From a phage: a stretch of 64,000 nt of DNA. The translations under genes were made by a program, and so were the position numbers. Below, one piece after another: positions 26,392 through 37,800 of this stretch. Each line of letters starts with the position of its first letter. The first letter of the stretch is position 1. The stretch is from sequence record PZ151149.1, one strand, 5' to 3'. The notes beneath the pieces are model-generated. The model made no database searches and was not told the origin of the DNA. It saw only the letters and a list, made by a program, of their open reading frames with translations.

Positions 26392-26988
26392 TTAACCCTC
26401 TTTAGTCATTAATTGAAAACCACGTTCAGCTTTTGAGATTTCGCTATGACGTAAATCATCACCTACATATTCTAGCATCATTTCTTGGATAATGTCAAGT
26501 GCTTTTTCATCACCTGATTTTAACTCGAACTCAAGTTCATAGTGAGCCTCTCCCATTCTTTCGCCGACTTTACAATAATAGAAAGTGTCTTTGCACATTT
26601 CCACTATAGCACACTCAAGGTCAAGTGTCAATGACTTGCGGTATGTAATTACTTGCAATAAAGGAACGATAAGGTCGGAGTTTACGCCTAGACTATCAAC
26701 ATAGTGATAGAAATCATCCGTTGTTGAAAAAGTAATTTCTTCTCGGTTGAAGAGTCCAGATTCACTATCACCTATTTTGACCATGATCAATGATCTGTTA
26801 ACGTCAAGTCGAGCATAAATTCCTTTTTGACGCAGTGCATGATCTTCGGTATCATAATAAAATTCGTGTTTTAGAATGTTATCATGATCTACTAGATTGT
26901 ACCCGTCATACATTGCCACCCACAAATCACAGATGGTTTCGACGCCAATTTGTGAGTGTGCATAGTATTTTAATTCAAGTTCTTTCAT
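26392..26988 (-). CDS. hypothetical protein (198 aa)
   Basis: ORF with ATG at 26988, in operon with rnh. Confidence 0.5.
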   Translation of the reverse strand: MKELELKYYAHSQIGVETICDLWVAMYDGYNLVDHDNILKHEFYYDTEDHALRQKGIYARLDVNRSLIMVKIGDSESGLFNREEITFSTTDDFYHYVDSLGVNSDLIVPLLQVITYRKSLTLDLECAIVEMCKDTFYYCKVGERMGEAHYELEFELKSGDEKALDIIQEMMLEYVGDDLRHSEISKAERGFQLMTKEG

Positions 26989-26998
26989 ATGTCAACCC

Positions 26999-27946
26999 TT
27001 AGAACTCACCAATTTTCTGCAACATTTTAACTAACGCATTTGTTACAAAATAGTTATAAATTTTACCGCGTGGTGCTGGTTTAGATTTCTCCCATGCTAA
27101 CAAAATTTCATATTCGATGTTATCAGGAATAAATTCAAAATCAATAAGTTCGCGGTTTTCGTCAAATCGTCGTGCTTCTTCCTCTGTCATCAAAGACTTT
27201 GGGTCTTCGGCATCGAAAATTTGCTCTAACCATTTGGTTGCAACTGGTTTAGCTCGTTCCCCTTCCAGTCGAGAGATAATGAAATCACTACGACACTTGA
27301 CAGAAGCCACACCGTCTTTTGCGTCACCCTTAACACATTTTACCATAAGGTCTTTGTAAGGGCTACCATATTTGCATTTCTTCCATGCTTTCTGTACTGG
27401 CGCCCACTGTTTCACGTTTTTGTATTTGTGCAATTGTGTGTAGTCACCATCACCGGAGTTAATTAGCACCTGGCGACCTTCTACAGAAAACTTTTTAGTT
27501 AACACAGCGATTATATCATCCGCTTCAACTTTGTCAACCTTAATAACGTGATAAGGCATGTTCTCTTTAAACTCTTCGGTGATCTTATTGATCGCAGCAA
27601 AGATCATCTCCCAATCACGCGGATCTGCGTCTCGCTTTTCCTTTCGGTTGCGCTTGTAATAAGGTGCAATATCACGTCGCCAGTAACCTTTGCTTGAATC
27701 AAAAGCAAGTACCGTAATCGGGTATTGTTCTTTGAATTTTGTCATATTATAACGCATGGTGTCAAGGATAAGATGACGGATCATGCCTTCATTAATAGGA
27801 TCTTCCGGTTTAAAGGTATGCGAGATAGTAGCAATCATAAGCTGCGACATATCAATCAAATGCACACCTTCCGGCAATTTATCTTCTGGATCATCAAAAA
27901 AATCATTAAGTGTAGCGGTAGTTTTTGTAAACGGGTTATACGTCAT
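26999..27946 (-). CDS. rnh: RNase H / flap endonuclease (FEN family)
   Basis: 315 aa; acidic catalytic clusters including INSGDGDYTQL; adjacent to fibre gene 34 as in T4. Confidence 0.8.
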   Translation of the reverse strand: MTYNPFTKTTATLNDFFDDPEDKLPEGVHLIDMSQLMIATISHTFKPEDPINEGMIRHLILDTMRYNMTKFKEQYPITVLAFDSSKGYWRRDIAPYYKRNRKEKRDADPRDWEMIFAAINKITEEFKENMPYHVIKVDKVEADDIIAVLTKKFSVEGRQVLINSGDGDYTQLHKYKNVKQWAPVQKAWKKCKYGSPYKDLMVKCVKGDAKDGVASVKCRSDFIISRLEGERAKPVATKWLEQIFDAEDPKSLMTEEEARRFDENRELIDFEFIPDNIEYEILLAWEKSKPAPRGKIYNYFVTNALVKMLQKIGEF

Positions 27947-27948
27947 AA

Positions 27949-28134
27949 TTAAGTTCTCTCCACTCTCACAACAACAGACTCATCAAACGAGCTGGATACT
28001 TCACGGTCATACCCGTATTTCTCCATAACTCGCAGAATTGCATTGTTTAATTCGGCACGAAAATAAGTGTAATCCTTATCAGGGATTCTGTCAACTACCC
28101 ATTTTGCACCGTCTGATAAATCAACTTTAACCAT
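27949..28134 (-). CDS. hypothetical small protein (61 aa)
   Basis: ORF immediately downstream of rnh. Confidence 0.35.
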   Translation of the reverse strand: MVKVDLSDGAKWVVDRIPDKDYTYFRAELNNAILRVMEKYGYDREVSSSFDESVVVRVERT

Positions 28135-28172
28135 AGTATATCATCCTCTTTTGTTTCTATCAAGCCTCATTT

Positions 28173-28180
28173 TATAAATA
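28173..28180 (+). promoter_or_regulatory. T4-type late promoter TATAAATA for gene 34
   Basis: Exact TATAAATA 28 nt upstream of ATG, followed by AAAGGAG SD. Confidence 0.6.
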
Positions 28181-28208
28181 TGAACATACTATAAAAGGAG
28201 ACCCAATA

Positions 28209-31200
28209 ATGGCAGATTTTTCTCAACATTTCAAGGCCACATTTGGCTTTGACGCTGGTAATGAAAAGGTCGTCAATGTAGCATTGGCTGATAAGAATGT
28301 CAACACCGATGCGGTCAACGTTGAATTTTTCAATTACCATAATGGTATTACTCAGTATGACACAACTCGCGGTTATGATCAATATGGCACTACAATCTAT
28401 CAAAACCGCCCGTATTATGCAAAAGAAGATATCACAAAGCCAGCAGGTGATTTTGACCCGACTAAATGGCAAGCACTGCGCACGGACCCACGTTGGGATT
28501 ATGTTGCAGCAACTTCCGGTGATACTCCTTTAAAGTCCGGTGATTATATCGCAGCGGACTGTCAGTTTGCAAACTTGACATTCTCAATGCCTACTAATCC
28601 GGTAGATGGCGACACTATAACAGTAAAAGATATCGGTGGCAAGTGCGGTGTTAATGAGTTATCGTTCCTTTCGGTTGGTCATGAGTTCTATCATAACGGT
28701 GTGGTAAACAACCGCAAATGGTACTGTACTACCCCTTACGCTATGAACTACTTCATTTTTGTTCGCAACCGTTGGCACGTCTACCAGACCGGAACAGAGC
28801 CACGCGGGGTATATGCACAACCATCTATCGACCCGATCCAGATGCAAAACGGTGATCAGGTATTCCGTCGTAGTTCTTTAGGTAACATTGTTTTGATGCT
28901 TCCTAAGTTTGCTAATAACGGTGATATGATTCAGACTACCGATCTTGACGGATTAACCGCAACCAACCATGTTACAGTAAAAGTACATGAAGGTGCGCAA
29001 GAACAATCAATTGGCACTTTCGGGGTAAAAGAAATTGTTGGTAAGCGTAGCGGTCATGGTGTATTCATCTTTGACAAACCGGAAAACTTATGGCGTTTGT
29101 GGGATGGTGATCAGTCTGTTCGATTGAATCCTATCATTAGTGATACTCGATTATCCCCTAATAGCTATGTTGCAGTATTTGGTGATCGTGATGTTACCTT
29201 GACTTTACCGACCAACGTCGAGCATGGTGATCGTATTCAAGTTTCTATGCAGTATATGCACGGAAACCAGACTTGCCGAATCATTACCACAGAAGAGGAT
29301 ACAAAAATCCTCATGCAGAAAAACATGGTTCAGTTTCCTAAGCGTAGCGAGTATCCATTCAATGGGACCGATACATGGAAGGAAGTGTCTGAATTATCTT
29401 TTAATGCTGCCGATGATTATGTTCCTTATCTGGAGTTCTCTTATTCAGAAGGTGATGATGGTAAGAAACACTGGTTGGTAGCACATGCGCACCCGATTGT
29501 AGAACGAGTAGATCCGACTCGTAAAGATCGTGTTGGTGTTATTGCGCTTGCAACTCAGGAAGAAACCAACAAAAACCATGAAGATAATCCTAGCGACGAA
29601 GTTGCAGTAACGCCAAAAATGCTTGCCAATAAGACTGCCAACGAAACGCGTCGAGGTATTGCTAGAATCGCTACTCAAGAAGAAACGCACCAACATACAG
29701 GGGCAAATTTTCTTGATGATGTGATCGTAACTCCTAAAAAACTAAATGCGTGTGTTGCTTCCGAAGAACATCGAGGCGTGTTGGAGATTGCAACTCAGCT
29801 TGAAACCAACGAAGGTTTAGACGATACACGCGCAATCACCCCTAAGAAATTAGAGGAACGTCGCGCGTCCGAGGATCTTGCTGGTATCGCTGAAATTGTT
29901 CAGATGGGCGGTATCGCTGCCGAACGACGTGGCGAAGCTGGTACAGGGGTTTATAACATCAACGACCATGCTAAAATCGTTACTCCGCAAAACATCAATG
30001 AAGTTAAAGCTACTGAAACATCTCGCGGTGTTGGGTATCTGGCGACGGATGCGGAAGTTCAAGGGGCGACGGAATCAACCCCGCAAGATGCATTGCTGAT
30101 CACTACTCGCACGTTAACTAAGCGTACTGCTACCGAATCCCGTACTGGTATCGCTGAAATTGCTACGCAGGAAGAAACTAACTTAGGCCAAAGTGATAGC
30201 CATATCATCACGCCTAAAAAACTGCATACTCGCCGTGCAACTGAAACTTTACATGGTTTAGCAGAAATTGCAACTCAACCGGAATTTGACGCAGGTCGTG
30301 ACGATGCTCGCATTTCTACCCCATTGAAGATTAAAACCTTCTTTGAGAATGCACAGCGTTTGAGAGTAGACCCGACTCAGGGGCTTAACCTTACTGGCGA
30401 TCTATGGCAAGGTATCACGATCAGCGGTCTGGATGCAACCGAAGATACAAAAGGTGTCGCGAAAGTTGCCACCGCTCAGCTTACAGATGCGGGAGAAGAT
30501 GACGCCACGATCATTACTCCTAAAAAGCTGCAAGGCAAAAAGGCCACCGAAGGTAAAGAAGGTATCATCCGCGTTGGTACTCAAGCCGAAACCGTCGATG
30601 GTGCACTGGACAATGTAGCAATTTCTCCGAAGAACTTCAAATATGTTGTTCAGACAGAGGATACATGGAAAGCAACCGAAGCGCGTCGCGGATTCCTGAA
30701 AGTAGCAACACAAGAAAACTGTTTTGTTGGTGACAATCTGCAAGGTTCGACTCAAGAACTTGATGATTATCAACATGACGGAATTGCGGTAACTCCGAAA
30801 GGATTAAACTACGCTCTTGCTAATTTCTTACCTAAGATGGCAACCGCCCAGAATAGTTTGAAATTGGGTAACGTAGAGGCCGCTAAATGGGCGCGTAGAG
30901 ACATTGACCAGACTATCGAGAGCAATTACACCTTTAAGAAAAACGTCAACGTAGAGGGCGATTTAGAGTGCTTAAAATCAGGTTCTTTTGAAACTCTCTT
31001 TGTGACTAAGAACTCAACCGATGATCCGAGTAATGGTCATCTGGTATTGGGTGAGCGTGGCGTTGATGGTCACACCGGAATTACATTGCATGGCACTACC
31101 TTAGAACAGGGCGTTGAAAACTCATGGTCTATTATCGTTGGTGGTACTGGAACGGCACAAACAGTTAATAGTGATGCTATCGCTTTCTGTAAGATTGACG

Positions 31201-31949
31201 ATTCTGGATCTGTTGAGCACTACTCCTTTGCTATGGAACATGACGGCGATGCGTTAGCATATAGAGACTTCATAGCAGGTCGTAACCTGTATGCGAAACA
31301 AGGCGGTTTATATATTGTAGACCACTCTAATCCGGCAATGACTCGCTCTCCAGACGGTATGTTGAATATCGGTCATGGTGGAAGTGTTAACATCAAAGCA
31401 GGTTATCAGAATCTGACTACAGAGATCGCGGGGGAGAAGTATCAGATCGTCCACGCAGGAAACGCAGACGAAGTTCTCAACCGTCAGTTTGTCAAGAATG
31501 CTGGCGATACGATGACCGGAAAGCTGATTATGGACAATGCGCCTATTGTTTCTGTTAAGCATGAAGCTAGCGCGGCAACCGCTCCGGCAATCGGTAACAT
31601 CGGTTTCTGGAACATGCGAGTAACTACCCAAAACATCAAAGAAACCTATCCAGAAAAGAAAAATGGTACATTGATGCAATGGGGTACTGACGAGGACGGG
31701 CTTACTCAGATTTGGTCCCCTGATGGTACTCACAAGCATTATATCCGTTCCGGTACAGATGGTCAATGGACCGCATGGGGTGAGATTTACACCAAACAGA
31801 ACAAGCCTACCGCTCAGGAAATCGGGGCAGTGGTTGCAGATGGCGGTTTAATGAACTCTATGACGGTTCGTGACTGGATCAAGGTTGGTAATGTTAAAAT
31901 TGTTGCCAATAATCTGACTCGTACCGTAGATTTTATCTGGGAAGACTAA
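28209..31949 (+). CDS. 34: long tail fibre proximal subunit (gp34-like, 1246 aa)
   Basis: Size as T4 gp34; multiple about-30-aa fibre repeats (GIAEIATQEET ... ITPKKL) and GDTMTGKL motif; late promoter. Confidence 0.8.
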   Translation: MADFSQHFKATFGFDAGNEKVVNVALADKNVNTDAVNVEFFNYHNGITQYDTTRGYDQYGTTIYQNRPYYAKEDITKPAGDFDPTKWQALRTDPRWDYVAATSGDTPLKSGDYIAADCQFANLTFSMPTNPVDGDTITVKDIGGKCGVNELSFLSVGHEFYHNGVVNNRKWYCTTPYAMNYFIFVRNRWHVYQTGTEPRGVYAQPSIDPIQMQNGDQVFRRSSLGNIVLMLPKFANNGDMIQTTDLDGLTATNHVTVKVHEGAQEQSIGTFGVKEIVGKRSGHGVFIFDKPENLWRLWDGDQSVRLNPIISDTRLSPNSYVAVFGDRDVTLTLPTNVEHGDRIQVSMQYMHGNQTCRIITTEEDTKILMQKNMVQFPKRSEYPFNGTDTWKEVSELSFNAADDYVPYLEFSYSEGDDGKKHWLVAHAHPIVERVDPTRKDRVGVIALATQEETNKNHEDNPSDEVAVTPKMLANKTANETRRGIARIATQEETHQHTGANFLDDVIVTPKKLNACVASEEHRGVLEIATQLETNEGLDDTRAITPKKLEERRASEDLAGIAEIVQMGGIAAERRGEAGTGVYNINDHAKIVTPQNINEVKATETSRGVGYLATDAEVQGATESTPQDALLITTRTLTKRTATESRTGIAEIATQEETNLGQSDSHIITPKKLHTRRATETLHGLAEIATQPEFDAGRDDARISTPLKIKTFFENAQRLRVDPTQGLNLTGDLWQGITISGLDATEDTKGVAKVATAQLTDAGEDDATIITPKKLQGKKATEGKEGIIRVGTQAETVDGALDNVAISPKNFKYVVQTEDTWKATEARRGFLKVATQENCFVGDNLQGSTQELDDYQHDGIAVTPKGLNYALANFLPKMATAQNSLKLGNVEAAKWARRDIDQTIESNYTFKKNVNVEGDLECLKSGSFETLFVTKNSTDDPSNGHLVLGERGVDGHTGITLHGTTLEQGVENSWSIIVGGTGTAQTVNSDAIAFCKIDDSGSVEHYSFAMEHDGDALAYRDFIAGRNLYAKQGGLYIVDHSNPAMTRSPDGMLNIGHGGSVNIKAGYQNLTTEIAGEKYQIVHAGNADEVLNRQFVKNAGDTMTGKLIMDNAPIVSVKHEASAATAPAIGNIGFWNMRVTTQNIKETYPEKKNGTLMQWGTDEDGLTQIWSPDGTHKHYIRSGTDGQWTAWGEIYTKQNKPTAQEIGAVVADGGLMNSMTVRDWIKVGNVKIVANNLTRTVDFIWED

Positions 31950-31954
31950 TTAAA

Positions 31955-31970
31955 GGGGGCGAAAGCCCCC
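31955..31970. other. palindromic hairpin GGGGGCGAAAGCCCCC between genes 34 and 35
   Basis: Same 16-nt palindrome as at 20470..20485. Confidence 0.3.
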
Positions 31971-31982
31971 TATGGGGTTATT

Positions 31983-33122
31983 ATGACACAAGAGATAGAA
32001 TTACGCAATACTGGAATAAAATTTGCGCATTTCGATGAGGACTCCGCGACATTTACCAGCATTTCAGAAAACAACTCTGTGATGTATAAGCTGGAAGTGC
32101 GCGGGTCTAATGCGGATTCGACCAAACCAGCAAGGATTAGATTTAATGGAGTGGAGATCGTCGGGACTGGTTATGAAACTGGCCTAAACTTTAAAGTTCT
32201 TACTCCAACTGGACAATTGCACGAAGAAAAGGTATTCTATGGTCGTGGTGCTGTATTGGCAATGCGTGATTATCTTTCTTTGCTGAAAGGTGATTATATT
32301 ATTGCAATGGCATCACATGGAGAACTATTTGCAGATGTTATAAGTGATGACATCTTCGCAAAATTGGGTTCGGTGTCTTTCCCTAACCATATTTTGTTAC
32401 AGCAAATGCCTCGCGTATCATATGCCGCAATTTATTCTACTAAAATGGGTAAAATTGTTTGTGAGGGTATGCAAGCGACCCACGGGGAAGGACAAGATTC
32501 GTCTATACAAATTGAGAAGGTTTATGATACTATAGATGATCTTGCGATCACAGGAACACCACAACGATTTTTAGATTATCCGGTTGAGTATGTTAGCGAA
32601 GATGCCGAACATTTCGAGCTAATACAATGGCCTCATGATGAGATAAGCGCACCACTTGAAGATTTTAACATAAAGGCAGGTGACAAACTATCAATATCTT
32701 TTGAATTGTTCCGTGATAGTGCCGCAGCCGCAGCAAACGTAACAGCGCGATTCTTCCATAACTATTTTATGGAGGGGCAATATAAAACAGGTGTTCGTTA
32801 CAATGCCAGCCAGAAAGATCAATGGGAAAAGTTCGAAGCTGTTTATACTGTACCGGAAGGTGTCGATAGTGTAGTGACTGGTTGTATCAGATATCCGACC
32901 AACTCCAATGAAGGTGTTGTTAAGGTTAGAAACATACTAATAACGCCGATCAGTGGAGTAGTCAAAACTACTGGTCCTACTTCATTTGGTGTTAATGGTG
33001 TTAGAACAACTCACATTCAGGATAACGGTGATTTTACTAACCCTGTAATGAGTCTTCTTAAACTGCCTAGAGATAATAAACACATCACATCCAACAACTT
33101 TAAAGAGTTCGATGTTGATTAA
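31983..33122 (+). CDS. 35: tail fibre hinge protein (gp35-like, 379 aa)
   Basis: Size (T4 gp35 372 aa) and position between 34 and 36. Confidence 0.65.
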   Translation: MTQEIELRNTGIKFAHFDEDSATFTSISENNSVMYKLEVRGSNADSTKPARIRFNGVEIVGTGYETGLNFKVLTPTGQLHEEKVFYGRGAVLAMRDYLSLLKGDYIIAMASHGELFADVISDDIFAKLGSVSFPNHILLQQMPRVSYAAIYSTKMGKIVCEGMQATHGEGQDSSIQIEKVYDTIDDLAITGTPQRFLDYPVEYVSEDAEHFELIQWPHDEISAPLEDFNIKAGDKLSISFELFRDSAAAAANVTARFFHNYFMEGQYKTGVRYNASQKDQWEKFEAVYTVPEGVDSVVTGCIRYPTNSNEGVVKVRNILITPISGVVKTTGPTSFGVNGVRTTHIQDNGDFTNPVMSLLKLPRDNKHITSNNFKEFDVD

Positions 33123-33132
33123 CATTTTTAAC

Positions 33133-33163
33133 AAGCCGATCCTCGTGGTCGGCTTTATTTTTA
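33133..33163 (+). terminator. rho-independent terminator after gene 35
   Basis: AAGCCGA ... TCGGCTT stem followed by TATTTTTATA. Confidence 0.5.
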
Positions 33164-33283
33164 TACAGTTGGTTAAAACATAACCAAAACGAAGAAAGAT
33201 CTTTAGAATAATAGAAAATTTGTTTCGGTTAAAAAATAGTCAGTGCCTACGGCACGTCGCGAAGCGATATTTTGTTAACATTC

Positions 33284-33291
33284 TATAAATA
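33284..33291 (+). promoter_or_regulatory. T4-type late promoter TATAAATA for gene 36
   Basis: Exact TATAAATA 33 nt upstream of ATG, GAGG SD. Confidence 0.6.
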
Positions 33292-33324
33292 CTCGGAACT
33301 ATAACTAATTTTTGAGGTTACTTT

Positions 33325-34815
33325 ATGGCAGATTTGAAACATGGATCTACTGTAGGCGGATCTCCCATTTGGACGCAAGGAAACTTGACGATCCAGCCAG
33401 CGGGGGATCAGCTTTTCTACAAAGGTCATAAAATCTATACCGCTTTTGATAAACCTTCGGCTGCCGATTTTGATGCTGTTAGTGCTAAAGACGGTGGCAC
33501 ATTTCAAAAGCAGGTCCATTTTGAGGAAGGTTTAAGCGTCGGTAGTGCATCGGCTGGAGAAACCAAAAAGAACGGGATCTTTAAAGGAAATAGTGATGCG
33601 GCTAACTTTGATGGTGTAAGTTGGGGTTTGCATTCGTGGAAATCTATTGGTTTTGTTAATGCTCGTGATGATGTTATCATGGCTTATATTGACACTACCA
33701 CAGGTGATTTTAAAACTAAAGGGACTATCGAAGGGACAGCCATTAAAGACACAGGTCAACGCGTCTATAGCCCTGTTAATAAACCAACGAATAATGATTT
33801 AGATTTGGTGTCTCGTCGCGGTGATACCCTCACAGGAACATATAATTTAAACACTGTCACTGTTAAACTATCGGTTGATTCGAAATTAATTGCAAGGGAA
33901 CGTGATTTAATTAATTTTGATGCGACTAAGATCTATTATGGTAACGTTCTTGATACGTTGGTCTTCCGAAGTAAAGATGAGCCTACCATTTTTGTTAATG
34001 GTAAAGAAGGTCGTTTTTATCACACCAACAATAAACCAACTAAAGCCGATGTGGGACTAGGCAATGTCACCAATGATGCACAGGTTAAACGTGCTGGTGA
34101 TATTATGGAAGGTAACTTGCAAGCGCCTAGAATGTTGGCGACAAACGATCCGGCTGGACCTAATGAATTGGTTCGTTTGAGCTACTTTGAGAAAAAATCA
34201 ATGGTAGCAAATCCAACCATCATTGGAAACGTTGATTGGAACACTCTTATTAATCGCGGTATCTATCGTGTGGAAAATGCTGGGTCAGGTACTAATAAGC
34301 CGTCTGATAGCTATTATAACGGCGTTTTGATGGTATATCGCCCAGAAGATGCGGTCGGTACTCGTCGAATTGTTCAGGTGTATTATCCTGAATCTATTGA
34401 TCATCCGATGTGCTGGCGTTCGTGTTCTAATGAATCATGGACTGCATGGAACTATGTAGATCACCGTAAATTGGCTGATATTCGCTATGTTAACGTAACT
34501 GGCGATACCATGACAGGACCGTTAACTGTTCCGGCTGCAAACGGTGTTAGAACAGCTAGAGGTGCATATAATGGTGATAACTACTATGCTGGGTTAAATA
34601 GTGCCGATGGTACGGCTATGATTCACCGTATAAGCGATATTAAAGCCACCGAAAAATTGGGTATTACCCATGATTCTAAGGCTGTTTTCATCAAATCGCG
34701 TGGAAATACTCAGGACACCGACCGTTATGAACTTTATCACGAAGGGCATAAACCTACCCCTGCCGAAGTTGGCGCGGTTCCACTTAATGCGGTGATTGAT
34801 TTTGGTACTTTCTAA
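33325..34815 (+). CDS. 36: long tail fibre distal-half proximal subunit (gp36-like, enlarged, 496 aa)
   Basis: Fibre motifs NKPT ... DVG, GDIMEGNL, VTGDTMTGPL; position between 35 and 37. Confidence 0.65.
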   Translation: MADLKHGSTVGGSPIWTQGNLTIQPAGDQLFYKGHKIYTAFDKPSAADFDAVSAKDGGTFQKQVHFEEGLSVGSASAGETKKNGIFKGNSDAANFDGVSWGLHSWKSIGFVNARDDVIMAYIDTTTGDFKTKGTIEGTAIKDTGQRVYSPVNKPTNNDLDLVSRRGDTLTGTYNLNTVTVKLSVDSKLIARERDLINFDATKIYYGNVLDTLVFRSKDEPTIFVNGKEGRFYHTNNKPTKADVGLGNVTNDAQVKRAGDIMEGNLQAPRMLATNDPAGPNELVRLSYFEKKSMVANPTIIGNVDWNTLINRGIYRVENAGSGTNKPSDSYYNGVLMVYRPEDAVGTRRIVQVYYPESIDHPMCWRSCSNESWTAWNYVDHRKLADIRYVNVTGDTMTGPLTVPAANGVRTARGAYNGDNYYAGLNSADGTAMIHRISDIKATEKLGITHDSKAVFIKSRGNTQDTDRYELYHEGHKPTPAEVGAVPLNAVIDFGTF

Positions 34816-34821
34816 TTTTAT

Positions 34822-34845
34822 GCGGGGTTCTCTCCCCGCTTTTCT
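34822..34845 (+). terminator. rho-independent terminator after gene 36
   Basis: GCGGGG-TTCTCT-CCCCGC followed by TTTTCT. Confidence 0.55.
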
Positions 34846-34885
34846 AAATAATATTATTCTAATAACCGTTTAAGGATTTTATAAA

Positions 34886-37800
34886 ATGGCAGATTTAAGC
34901 AGAATCCAATTTAAACGCACTAGCACTAAAGGTCGTAAACCTGATGCTAGTACGATGTATCCGGGGGAATTAGCAATCAACCTTGCGGATCAATACATGT
35001 TTACTAAAAATGATTCGGGGACTCTCATCAATTTAAGTTGTCCTCCGGTGTATAACCGTGACGTTGTAATGGCGGGTAAGGTTAAAGGAAATGATTATAT
35101 TTTAAGCAAAACCGCTAATTATTTTGAAGACCAAACCGCGCGAGATCTTAATTATTTTGGTGCGTTTCGACCGAATAATGCTGATGGTTGGTCTAACTTG
35201 ATTCTGAACATTCCTCACCCCAGCGGTAAAGCACACGGTCGCGGGTTTGAATTTCAATATGGTTCTAGTTCCTCTCAGGTTAAAACCTATGGCTTTGATA
35301 AAGATGGTGCTAAGCGATTCAGCTTTCGCATGTATCATGAAGGTGATAAACCTACCCCATCGGAATTGAACGTTTACAGCAAACAAGAAGTTGATCGCAT
35401 GTTTGTTAAAAACGTTAAAATGTCAACTCCTAGCAGTGCAACAGGGTATTTCAAAATTGCTACCGCTATGATCCCACAGCAAGGAAAAATGGTATTTATT
35501 CGTATCTATGGTGGTAATGGATACAACGTTAACTCTCCGACTCAAGTTGATTTTGTAGAAATCGTGATTCTTGGTGGGAATGGAAATCCTAAAGGTGTTA
35601 CTGTTGCTGCATATCGAAGAAATTCTTTAAATCAACTTGAAGTGTTTGCTATTAATACATCCGGTGACAACTATGATATCTACGTAAAATATGGTCGGTA
35701 TACCGATAATGTTATTGTAGAATTTGGTAAAACGGTTGGTGTTAATTTAACTGTTCATGATGTTCCAGATTTTTCGGAAGCAAAACCTGCTGGTACTACC
35801 TTTGAAGGTCGTATTATTACCATGTTTAATACTGAAAATAAACGAGGTTCTTTGTATTTCGATCAAAACACGCAAGAGACTTATGATATTATCAGTTTGT
35901 GTGACTATTCAGGTACTGGCAAAAAATATATTCGTAAATTCCGCAGTGGACCAAGCTACGCAATCTGGCATGAAACTGTTCAAGACGACACATATCGTCT
36001 ATCAACTGGTACTACCGATTCTAACGAAGTTCTACGAATCACAGGTCGTACCATGTATACCGGAAAACTGGTAGTGGATGCAGGAAGTAATGCTATTCGT
36101 ATGCTGCGACCTACCGGACAAAGTAACTATCTGGAATATGTGGATAATCGCAACGGTGCTAGCAAGCGTCAAGGATGGATCGGTTTTGGTAGTATTGAAA
36201 ATGATAACTTCCAATGGTATAGCGACGTAGGTAAAAACTCATTACAGTTAGATACTACTGGTCAAATATCATTAACCACAGGTGCAACAAAAATTGTATA
36301 CGCTAATGGTCAATATGTATCGGCTAACTCTGATGCGTATCGTATGATCTACGGTAATTATGGTGCATTCTGGCGTAATGATGGTGCTAGCGTTTATCTT
36401 CTGTCTACTGCTGAAAATGACAAATTTGGTGCTTGGAATACCTACCGACCGTTTATCTATAATTTAGTATCTGGAGACGTTAAATTAGGTGGTACTAACA
36501 CCGCATGTTGTTTGTATCTGGGAATTGATGGTAGTACCCGTATCGAGGATAAATTAGTTTTCAGGGCGGGATCTCGTCAATCAATGGACTACTTAGAATT
36601 TGTTCATTGGGGGGCAAGCAATACAGGTCGAAATAACGTTTTAAGTCTTCGTGACTCAAAAGGATTTTTAGCAGAATTTGAGCGTAAAGGTGATAACACC
36701 ATTCAAAATACATTCTTCGGAAGATTTAAAGTCAATGGTGATTCTAACGCTATTACCATTAATGCTCCTACTGATTCTGATGCTGTTTATGTGAAAGGTA
36801 CTTGTAATGATGTAGATAACTGGTATATCGGTAAAGGTGGTGCTGGTAATGGATTAGTTTTTTGTAGTTATAAGACTAATGCGGCTGTTCATCTCACAGA
36901 TAATGGTGAGGTTTTATTAGCCCCACAAAACACCGCAATTGTTAACATCAATCGCGACCGTATACACATCAACGGTACACAGTGGGTGGCAAATCAGCCA
37001 CATGGCTGGGGTAATCAGTGGCTGTCCGAAGCTCCTATATTCGTTGATTTTGGTACTGGTGTTCCATATGATACCTATATGCCAATCATTAAAGCCCGTA
37101 GCCAAACTGCTGGCGGTTATGCAACTAAGGCCGATTTTGGTATATATCGTCGTGGTGCTGGTGATAATTGGGGTTGGGGTGATGCTGTTATTCGTGTCGG
37201 TTCTGCCGAAAGTGCCGATTCTTCACATCCAAATGCTAGATTCATGTTCCAAGCAAATGGAGATTTTAGAGCACCTGCTGGCCTCCGTGCTGGTGTTAAC
37301 TTGGGTGTTGGTACTGATCCTGCATTGGGTGGACATTCTATTGCTATCGGTGATAATGACACTGGCTTAATGTGGGGTGGTGATGGTCGTATTAACCTGC
37401 TTGCTAACGGACAGCATATTGCGTCATGGGGTGTTTTCCATCAAGAACATCCTGGGCTATGGTCTGTCGGTGCTGGGTTCTGGACAGAAGTCGATAAAGC
37501 GATTATTTCTCACGGTCACTTGATTCAGGCGAATGACAGCTATTCTACATATGTTCGTGACATTTATATCCGTTCGGATATTCGCGTGAAGAAAGACCTA
37601 GTTAAATTTGAAAATGCATCTAAGACACTTTCAAAAATTAACGGTTACAAATATCTTCAAAAGCGCGGGACCAATGAAGACGGTAGCGAACGTTGGGAAG
37701 AAAACGCTGGTTTGATTGCTCAGGAAGTTCAAGCTATTTTGCCGGAATTGGTTGAAGGCGATCCAGATAGCGAAAACCTTCTTCGTTTGAACTATAACGG

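Noticed and set aside
29445-31766. Minus-strand ORFs 29445..29696, 30402..30776 and 31308..31766
   Set aside because: All lie inside and antisense to tail fibre gene 34; likely artefacts of repeat-rich coding sequence.
36917-37370. ORFs 36917..37105 (-), 36939..37370 (+) and 37117..37362 (-) inside gene 37
   Set aside because: Overlapping or antisense frames within the gp37 coding region; glycine/valine-rich translations reflect codon bias of the fibre gene.
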